Below are positions 35,598 through 44,327 of a stretch of 64,000 nt of DNA, piece by piece. Source of the stretch: Balamuthia mandrillaris. Taxonomy: Eukaryota. Under the pieces are notes generated by a model. The model made no database searches. It was not told where the DNA came from and saw only the letters and a list, made by a program, of their open reading frames with translations. Within the stretch, counting starts at the first letter, position 1. Each line of letters begins with the position of its first letter. The stretch is from positions 62,001 through 126,000 of the forward strand of contig JAVKOQ020000077.1 of the NCBI GenBank assembly GCA_031835245.2, written 5' to 3'. The translations under genes were made by a program, and so were the position numbers.

Positions 35598-36219
35598 GAA
35601 TGCTGGCACAGGTGGCGCAGCCCTCTTTGGTGCAACCAGTACAACCCACCGCACGCACGTTGGCACTTGACCATCTTCGTGGACTCTGCGCTCTCCAAAC
35701 ATCTCTACGAGGGGCTGGAGGGGCCTCTCCTCGCCTCGTTCTCGCCCTTCCTGTCCTCCGTCGCCTTTTCCGCCGTGGACTCTTCTTCCTATGTGCCGCT
35801 TTGCCACGACCACCTCCGCAGGCAGTTGGACGGAAATCGTCTCCTGGACGTCCTCCATCAATTCACAACAACGAAAAGGCATTCCCCCGCAGAAGAAGAA
35901 ACAGAGGAGGAAGAGCCAAAGAGCAAAGCGTTGGGCTTGTTGCTGACCCCTTACGATGCCTACTCTTCGGACCTCAACTTTGTGTTCGGGGTGGCAAGGC
36001 GAGGCCGGGCGGCGTTCGTCACCACCTATCGGCTGAGCGATGACCCCGATTTCGTGCGGAAGGAGTGCGTGCACGAGGTGGGGCCACGTGTTTGGCCTGC
36101 CTCACTGCCGTTTGCCTTGCGTCATGACGTTCTCCAACAGCGTGTCGGAGGCCCATGAGAAGGAGGACGTCTTGTGCGAAAACTGCCACGCAAAGCTCAA
36201 GGAGAAAAATTCCATATGA
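35598..36219 (+). pseudogene. Archaemetzincin (peptidase M54), archaeal-type, with a +1 frameshift in the Zn motif (pseudogene or assembly error); 5' end uncertain
   Basis: RQLDGNRLL..DAYSSDLNFVFGVA..TYRL..KECVHEV. Removing one G of GTGGGGCCAC (36080-36083) gives HEVGHVFGLPHC..CVMTFSNSVSEAHEK..LCENC..* at 36219. Confidence 0.8.
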
Positions 36220-36485
36220 ATATTTTCTTGTTTTTTATTTTTTTTTGTTATTTTTTGTTTGTAAAATTGGTAGAAATTAGGCAGAAATATGAAGGAAAAT
36301 TATAATAGACAGGAGAGAGATGAAGGTGGATAAGAGAGAAGATAAGAGATTTTTACACGTCAGGACACGCCAAGGGCATACAATCCAGTCCTATTGTCCA
36401 ACACCTTTCGCGTCGCTATCCCAAGCAATCCTTTGGACGGTATTCGGCCTCAGACAATGTTTTTTGTCGTATTCCGCCTCAAAAA

Positions 36486-37349
36486 ATGGCCGACGAAAAA
36501 GAAAGGGAGCTAAAGGTGTTCCGCACCAACAGCAAGCGACGTTCTCCCACCGCTCGTCGTGAGGTTTCTCCCCCCTCCCCCAACTTTTTTTATATTTCTC
36601 TATCTTTTCTTGCTTTATTCACCCCTCCTTCTTCTTCTTCCTCCTCTTTCGAACCCTCCCTAAGGACAGCAAAGAGGCACCGCTGGTCCAGTCGATTGGA
36701 TTGTCGACGAATCTGCTGCAGAAATGTGGAACACTTCATCTCTGGGTGAAGAATTAACCCCCTCCGCTCGCTCGAGAAGATCGTCGAGAGGGGGAGGAGG
36801 GGAAGTGACCGACTATTCGCCCTGGTACCGACGACACCAAAACCGATTTCCGCTGTTGGGGCGCACGGCCCCCGATTATTGCTGGTGGGACCGGAGCTAC
36901 CTCTACGATTGGGGAGCCTTGGTGTTTGTGGCGCTGGTGGAGAGCATCTTGACTAACTTTGTGATCGAGCCCTACAAGCGCTTCGAGCCCAAAGACGACC
37001 CCTCTTTGTCCTACCCGCTTCACAAGTCCATTGTAAGCTTTCGTTTTTTGCTGTTTTTTTTGTCTTCACCGCTCTCTTCTGTTCTTTGCTTCTTCTTCTT
37101 CTTGTTCTTGTTCTTCTTCTTCTTGTTGTTCTTCTTCTTGTTCTTCTTGTTCTTCTTCTTCTTCTTCTTCTTCTTCTTCTTCTTCTTCTTCTTCTTCTTC
37201 TTGTTCTTGTTCTTGTTCTTCTTCTTCTTCTTCTTCTTCTTCTTCTTCTTCTTCTTCTTCTTCTTCTTCTTCTTCTTCTTCTTGTTGTTGTTGTTCTTCT
37301 TCTTCTTCTTCTTCTTCTTCTTCTTCTTCTTCTTCTTCTTCTTCTTCTT

Positions 37350-37380
<31 letters not shown>

Positions 37381-38656
37381 TTCTTATTCTTGTTCTTCTT
37401 CTTCTTCTTCTTCTTCTTCTTCTTCTTCTTCTTCTACTTCTAGCTGTCAACTTGCTGCTCTGCCTGTTCGCTCTGTCACTTCTTGTTCTTGTTCTTCTTC
37501 TTGTTCTTTTCCTTCGTATTCGTGTTCTTGTTCTGCTTCTTCGTCTTTCTTGCTTTCTTTCATCTGCTGATCCCTCTTCTTCTCTGTTCTTCCGAAAACA
37601 GGTTCCCACATGGTTGTTGATGCTGTGGAGTTTCTTGGTGCCTTTAACTATATTTGCAGTGTATCAATTGTTGGTTCGACGGAGCAGGCATGACCTTCAC
37701 CATGCATGCTTGGGCTTGTTTACCGCGCTCACCCTCACTCTCTTTTTGACCGACTTTCTGAAGCTTTGTGCCGGTCGATTGCGGCCGAATTGGTTTACTT
37801 TATTTCTTTCCTTTGTAGTTTCTATCTTTCTACTGTTCTTACATCGTTTTTTGTTAGGCTTGCTCTCGAAGGAGACTCAGAAAGTTCTTTTCAGGATGGA
37901 AGAAAAAGCTTTCCTTCTGGTATTTGCTCTCTCTCTTTTTTGTCTTTGGTTCATTTGTTCTTATTCACTTTTTTTTTCTGAATGAAAAAAACAGGACACT
38001 CCTCGTTATCATTCGCATCAATGGTGTTCCTATCGTTGTACCTTTGCGGCAAGTTGGGAGTGTTTCGTAAGACGGACGGGGCTGTCTGGAAGTTGATGCT
38101 CGGCTTCCTCCCTCTCCTTGCTGCTTGTTTCATAGGCATAAGCCGTACTAGAGACTATCAGTTCGTTCTTATTCTTGTTCCTTCTTTCTTTCTTTCTTTC
38201 ATTCTAGTCTTACGTTTGCCTAATGGACGATAAACAATGCAGTCATCACTTCTCTGATGTTTTGGCAGGAGCGGTCATAGGCATCATCTTTGGTTGTGTT
38301 GGCTATTCTCTTCATTTTCATCCCCTTTCTGGTTCGTAGCCCTCTCCTCTCTTTTCTCTTTCTCTGCTTCCCTCTTCTCTCTCGTTCTCTCTTCACTTCT
38401 CTCTTTTCTTCTCACTTTTGATATCCCAAACAAAATGAAAGGCAAATGGAGTCATCTGCCAAAAACAAGAGAGAAAGAAGGAGCGCTGCGGCCCATCCTC
38501 TACTCTGGCATCATTCAGCCTCAACTTCCGCTTCACTCCTCTCCTCTGCGGGAGCCGTTAAACTCCTCACCGGAAACATCTCCTGTGGCTCCAACCACAA
38601 ATGAACCGGTGGAACTAACAACAGAGTTTGGCGATGATGATGATGATCTTGTTTAG
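36486..38656 (+). CDS. PAP2-family lipid phosphate phosphatase (DPP1/PLPP4-5-like)
   Basis: KLCAGRLRPNW, RKSFPS|GHSS, SRTRDY|HHFSDVLAG; multiple TM helices. Confidence 0.92.
37088..37436. repeat. ~350-bp (TTC)n intronic triplet repeat with TTG interruptions
   Basis: Visible in the sequence. Confidence 0.95.
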
Positions 38657-38707
38657 AATTTTTATCTTCTACTTCTCCTCTTCTTTTTCTGCCATCTCCT
38701 TAAGTTG

Positions 38708-38738
<31 letters not shown>

Positions 38739-38817
38739 ACAAAAAAGTCTTCAGAGTAAATAAAAATAAAAAAAGGACCTTTTTTTTTCCCTTTCTCTTT
38801 GTTGTTTTGATGAAGAT

Positions 38818-39279
38818 TTACTTGGCGTGAGGGTTAGTGAGGAGGTAGTTGACGGCGTCTTGGCAGGTTTGCATCTTGTCAGCCTCCGCCTCGGGGATCT
38901 CGATGGCGAACTCGTCCTCGATGGCCAGCACCAGCTCCACAGTGTCCAGAGAGTCCAGGCCGAGGTCGTTCACAAAGTGGCTCTTGGGGTTGACCTCTCC
39001 CTTGACCTTGTGAAAGTTGCGCACCACGTTGAGCACTCGCTCCGAGACGTCAGCCTCAGTGAGAGGGGCGGCTCCGCCCCCGTAGCTCCTCTTTTGATCG
39101 TGGAAGGAAGAGAAGAGAGAGGAAGAGGAAGAGTTGGAGGAGGAGAGGGAGGCGAAAGGAGAGCGGGTGTGGTAGAGGGCGGCGGAGCGGAGAGTGAGGG
39201 AATAGGAGGGCCTCAGCATGGGGCGAAGAGCAGGGAGGGAGCTCCTGAGCATGGTGGTTGTGGCGGGAAGACGGTTCAT
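38818..39279 (-). CDS. ACP1: Mitochondrial acyl carrier protein (NDUFAB1/ACP1)
   Basis: Arg/Ser-rich presequence; SHFVNDLGLDSLDTVELVLAIEDEFAIEIPEAEADK phosphopantetheine site. Confidence 0.95.
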   Translation of the reverse strand: MNRLPATTTMLRSSLPALRPMLRPSYSLTLRSAALYHTRSPFASLSSSNSSSSSLFSSFHDQKRSYGGGAAPLTEADVSERVLNVVRNFHKVKGEVNPKSHFVNDLGLDSLDTVELVLAIEDEFAIEIPEAEADKMQTCQDAVNYLLTNPHAK

Positions 39280-39911
39280 GGTGATTGAGTGTGTTTCTGT
39301 AGTGTGAGCGAGTGTGCGGATTAGTTTGAGTGATTGATTTTTTTGGGGGAATGAAAAATAAGGCGGTGAGGCCGTAAAGCACAAATACACTCGGAAAAAA
39401 AAAAGGTTAAAAAAAATAATACATCGGTAAAGAAAAAGAACAGGGGTTGTCACACCGACGATCCCACTACGCAAAATCAGGGTTTCATCAAAAAACACAT
39501 TTTTGTTCCAAAAAATTAAAATAATTTAAAACACACACCCTCTCTTCCGTTCGCCGTTTTGTTTTTTAACCACATTAAAAAAAAGAGAAGCGCACAAACA
39601 CCCACACAAAAAACAAAGAAAACAGACAAAAAAAAACCTACCAAGATGATGATGCGGGCTCAACTGCGCGTTCGGGTGTGATCCCTTTTACTCTTTTCTT
39701 TCCGCTCTTATTTGTTTTATTTTTTCCGCTCTTTGAAATTCGAAAAACAAAGTTTAAACTTTTAAGAAATGAAAGATTTTAACGTGCTGACATCACCACT
39801 GACGTCATTTATGTTGAACCATTTCTGCTCAAATCGTGGTCCTCGGACGAGGTCTACATATAATTTGAATTCCACACATTCCAGAGCTCTCATTAAGTTT
39901 TGGCAGAGAGT

Positions 39912-40683
39912 TTATTCGGGACAGGTGATGGTGCAACCCTGAGAGAGGGCCTGGCTTCCGGTGTTGAAGAGCGAGTCCTGGCTCACCACAAGACCCTCGT
40001 TGTCAAATACGGTCACGTACCAGCCGTAGCTGGCCCATTCGGTGCCGGCATTGTCGCCAGACAGAGGGGTGGCCGGTTGGTCGCACCGAGAGAAGACGGT
40101 ATGGTCGGCGATCACCTTGTGGGTGCACTCCCACTCCCCAAAGTCATAGTTGTCGGAGAAGGCGGTGATCCAGGCGAAGCGAATTTCCTCGTTGGTGTCG
40201 GCCACACCATTGGTTTCGGGGAAGGTGTTGAGGGGATAAGTGAAGGTGGCGTCGCTTCTCCAGAGAGCTGATCGCGTTGGTTAAACGTGTTTGATAAAAA
40301 AATGAGTGTGGTTTGTAGTTAGTTGCGTACACTGTGGTAGCTTGGTTTTGTTTTAAAAGTATGTTTGCAAATAAAAATAGACGGTACCCATGAATCCTTC
40401 GGTGTCTTGGTTGGCAATCAAAGTGAACAGAGTTTCAGCATATTCAAGGAGGGCAGCGTCCTTGCAAGATCCACCGCTGCCAGCAGGAATCAAACCTGTA
40501 AAAGAACCAATTAAGCCGAGAGGATGTGCTGGCGGTTGGTTTCCCTTTGGAAACTAACCAAACGATCGGGAAACAAAAAAACTTGATGAACAAACCAGCA
40601 AAGTTGAAGTTGATTTTGGTGTCTTGGGCGGACGCCACGGCAACAAGGGCGCAGAGCGCAAGGACGAACGAAAGACGGCTCAT
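39912..40683 (-). CDS. Secreted SnoaL/NTF2-like fold protein (3 exons)
   Basis: Signal MSRLSFVLALCALVAVASA; LIANQDTEGFM|ALWRSDATFTYP..EEIR..HKVIADHTVF..GWYVTVFDNEGLVV. Confidence 0.65.
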
Positions 40684-40879
40684 CTTTGGGTTTTCGTTGT
40701 GACACCTACAAATCTTCCCAGTTTTTTTTTCCCCCTATATCGAACAAGAAAAGCTAAACAGCAGTCAGTTTGCCCAAAAGAACTGTCGACAAAAATTGCC
40801 CGTGTTAAATTTATCCAATCGAAATCATTCTTTTTCTCATCATCGCCCAATCGAATTTCATAAAAAAAATGATGCTCAC

Positions 40880-42710
40880 TCAGCGACGAACCACAACAGC
40901 AACAATAGCGGTGATGTCGTCCGGTTTTCCACCAGGATAGATGCCGCCGAGCTCATCCTCGGCCCGCTGGGCATAGGGAGACTTTCTCTGATAGTCATTG
41001 GAACACTCTTTGGCTCGTTGCACGATCGCGTTCGCCGCCGCGTTTGTCCTCTCTTCTTCGTTGTCGCTCTTTTCAGCGTCTCGGGTCAAGTGTTGGCGGA
41101 TCAATTCCAAGACTTCGCGTTCGTAGAGGTTATCGTAGACGCCATCACTGGCGATGAGGATCACATCCTTCTCCTTGAGTCGCATGGAGACGGTTCCGAC
41201 CTCTTTGATGGTGTCCTCCTCCTCTTCTCCCTCAGCGGAGAAACAGTGCGGTTGGTCAAATTCTACATACCTGTTATAAAGGTAAGGGAAAGAGAACGAG
41301 AACTGAAACAACGAAAGAGAGCGAGAAAGAAGCGAAACGGAGGAAAACAGAGAATGAAAAGAAAAGAGAGAAAGCTTACTTTGGTTCAGATTTGAAGTAA
41401 ATCCGGTTGTTCCGAATGATACTCAACACGCTATTTCCAAGCCATGCCCCCCAGAGCTGCAAACTTGGTCCTTGTTGGGACTCTTCTTTCTCTTTTGCTT
41501 CTTCTTTTTTCTTTTCATTCTCTATCGAAGAAGGAAGAGAAGCGCCAGACCTGTTCATCATTTCCCAAATCCGAGCGTTGACTCCTCTTTCTTTGTTCTT
41601 ATTTCGTTTCTCCTCTTCGTTTGTTGCTTCGGAAGAATCCTCCATTTGAGCAGAAGAAGAAATCATACAAAGAACGGCCGTGCTAACTCCCTTAACGTTT
41701 TGGCCCTGTGTCGCTCTCTTCGCACTCAACAACACTTGCTTGGATAGATTCATGTCACTACTAGATGAAGAATCACTTTGTTGGGCTGCCATCAGTCGTT
41801 GTTCTTTGCGTTTGTCTTCCATGTCTTTGAATTGTTGCACGCACTGCTGCCAAGCAGCGCTCAGCTTGAGATCTTCTTCGCTTGCATCCTTGGCCTGCTT
41901 CTTCTGCAATATTTCTGCTTCCATGGCGCGCAAAGCGGATTCTCTGCTCCTCTCCTGCTCTTCCCTGTTCTTCTTGGCGATCGGTTCCTCTGTTTCTTGT
42001 CGTTCGTTGGCCGCCTTTTGGAAGGCATCAATTGCGTTGGCTGAGAAAGAGAGAGAAAGAGAGAGAAATATAACAGAAGAGAAGCGAACGAGTGAAAGAA
42101 ATGAGCGAAGAGAACAGAGAGCAAAGAGCAGAGAACAGAGAAGAGGGAAAGAATGAGAACGAGAGAAGAGGCGCAGAGAACAGAGAATTGCGAAGAGGGA
42201 ACAAGAGAGAAAGAGCACACGAGAGAACGAGAGCAAGGGATGAGAATGCAGAAAAGAAAAAAAGATCGAAATGAAAGAAATAGCACAGAAATGAAAGTAC
42301 ATACGATCCCAATCCTTGAGACGAGAGCGAACGCTTCCCAGCAGCGCTTGCGGAAAGTCAGAGGGGGAATAGCCCCTAATGTTCGAGTCGAAGGTCAGCA
42401 TGCCGCCGATCCCATCAAACAGGCCCAACAGGCCTTTTTCCGCGTCCACAAGGTGAAACTCTTTTCGGGGGAAGCGAGGGTGAGGCTCGAAGCTGCTCCC
42501 AACTTTCAGCCACAACGGATTTCCTTCCTCCTTTGAAGATTTTGATTTTGATGTGGTTGAAGACGAGCAGCGACATGTCGCAGAAAAACAAGAAGAACGT
42601 GCAAATGGAGTGCGAGGAAGAAGAGGAGAAAGAAGAGGAGGACGGCGTGGAGCACCAAAGCAGAGCCGCCAGTCTTGTTGTGCGAGGAGAGATGAGTGTC
42701 TGCGTTTCAT
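40880..42710 (-). CDS. PTC7-like PP2C phosphatase, mitochondrial-type presequence, degenerate motifs (3 exons)
   Basis: PHP, GLFDGIGG, GVSTAVL, WLGNS, ILIASDGVYDNL, GGKPDDITAIVAVV. Confidence 0.85.
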
Positions 42711-42725
42711 CTTTTCGTTTTTTCC

Positions 42726-42906
42726 AAGCTATTTAAGATATTTTAGGAATGTTAAACATGCAGAACATCCAAAGCATTGAAATAAATGCTAAACATTTTA
42801 AGTATGTAAGCAATGCAAGGTATCAAAGGCATGCGGATTATTTAAGGTATTAGTGGAATTTGTAATTCAAATCATTTGAAGTATGCCAAGAATTGTGAGA
42901 ATGTTG
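42726..42906. repeat. Degenerate 9-bp-period tandem repeat (~20 units, approx. AAGNATNNN)
   Basis: aagctATtt aagatATtt taggaATgt taaacATgc agaacATcc aaagcATtg.. aagtATgcc aagaATtgt gagaATgtt. Confidence 0.7.
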
Positions 42907-42925
42907 CGTTACATTGCGTTACAAC

Positions 42926-44305
42926 GAGTGAAAATGGGCATGATTGGGTGGGTAACGTGTGGCTGGATTGTTTTCGTGGAGAATAAAATCATATCCAGGT
43001 TTCCTTAATCCTCCGAACGGGATGATGACGGCAAATGTGATTTACTTTTTCTATGGAGCCAAATAAGATAATCCGAAATGTAATATTTCCGGTGGCAAAC
43101 GTAACTACTTCGCGGTTGTGCACTGTTACGCCCGTTTTCCGCAGCGAACGAACAAAGCGAAGAGACAAAACAAACCACCGTGGAAGCTGCGATAAACAGG
43201 ATCCGGCCCATCCTTTTGGAGGTGCTTGAGGACAGATGGTGGCAAGGCAATCGTCGCCGACCAATCCCTTTGATGGACGAGGATGAAACGCTCTCCCAAT
43301 ACGCTCACATTGCCCTCCTCGTTGACTCTACCAGTGTGGAAGTCTTTCGTCCAAACAACTCTCGGTTTGAGGAAGGCAAACACTACTTTGATGGAAAGAA
43401 CAGAATCTATGCGTTGAAGAAGGAAGTTGCGGTGATGGCCTCTCCTCCTCACTTTGCTCTGTTCTCCTTTCCTGGAGCACCTGGAGCCCGACATGACTAC
43501 TCCATTCTCAAAGAGCACTACTCGGCCTACATCCCATACCTTACCAAAAGTGCCCAAGAGACTGCCATGATCCACCGTGTTGATGGTAATACGGAAACAA
43601 GCTGGAGTGCATTGTTTGACAAAGGTTATGTTGGCCCAGCTCAAGATACTCCTGGTTTTCGAAGAATAACTATCAAAAAACAATCTCAGGTGAGGACAGC
43701 AGCAGAACGTTTTCAAAACAGAGAGCTAGCAAAGCTTCGGGTGCCTATAGAATGCTTTTTTGGACGAATGTACAAGCTTTGGGCCTTTCTACGCAAGCCC
43801 TATCCCTATGACCACAACAAGTTTGATGCTAACATTGATCTTCTCATCCTTCTTACCAATGAGCATCTACTTTCTGCCCACCCGTTAGCAGTTGATGAGC
43901 GCCAATATTATCGTGCTCAAATGCGAGAAAGAAAAGAAAACGCGATTGAGAGAGAAAATAAAAGAAAAGAAGCAAAAAGAAGATATTTAGAAAATACAAG
44001 AAAGCGCAGATATGAGCAGTATGAGGACTTTTAAACTTGTGTTATGTTTGTTTCACTTCAAAACTTCAAAAACAATGAATATTTTTTTTAACTCTTTAAT
44101 CCACATTCTTCTATATACACCTTTTTTTGGGGGCAAAAACCAACTACATCCTCTCTAGTTTTTTATCTTTTACTTGCCAGCTATGAAGTCCTCCTTGCAG
44201 GGAGTTATTTTCAATTTGAGGATAGCCTTATCCAGGAAATGATTTTATTCTCCGCGAAAACAATCCAGCCAGACGTTAACCACCCAATCATGCCCATTTT
44301 CACTC
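42926..44305 (+). mobile_element. PIF/Harbinger-IS5-type DNA transposon, 1,380 bp, 67-bp TIRs, AAC target-site duplication
   Basis: TIRs at 42926-42992 and 44239-44305 (GAGTGAAAATGGGCATGATTGGGTG..., 3 mismatches in 67); AAC at 42923-42925 and 44306-44308; encloses a DDE ORF. Confidence 0.92.
43180..44034 (+). CDS. DDE_Tnp_4 (Harbinger/IS5-family) transposase, N-terminally truncated
   Basis: LVDSTSVEVFRP (D1), YFDGKNRIYALK, PGARHD, LFDKGY (D2), RVPIECFFGRM (E). In-frame stop at 43102; first in-frame ATG at 43273. Confidence 0.9.
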   Translation: MEAAINRIRPILLEVLEDRWWQGNRRRPIPLMDEDETLSQYAHIALLVDSTSVEVFRPNNSRFEEGKHYFDGKNRIYALKKEVAVMASPPHFALFSFPGAPGARHDYSILKEHYSAYIPYLTKSAQETAMIHRVDGNTETSWSALFDKGYVGPAQDTPGFRRITIKKQSQVRTAAERFQNRELAKLRVPIECFFGRMYKLWAFLRKPYPYDHNKFDANIDLLILLTNEHLLSAHPLAVDERQYYRAQMRERKENAIERENKRKEAKRRYLENTRKRRYEQYEDF

Positions 44306-44327
44306 AACGAAAAGAAAAAGAGAAAGG

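Noticed and set aside
36953..37985. Long poly-Arg, poly-Leu and poly-Phe ORFs in the ORF track (also 26516-27466, 18305-19390, 56037-56933)
   Set aside because: Stop-free translations of intronic microsatellites, not proteins.
43022..43230. Short upstream ORFs as a frameshifted transposase N-terminus
   Set aside because: The translations show no HTH or THAP features; an internal deletion is the simpler explanation.
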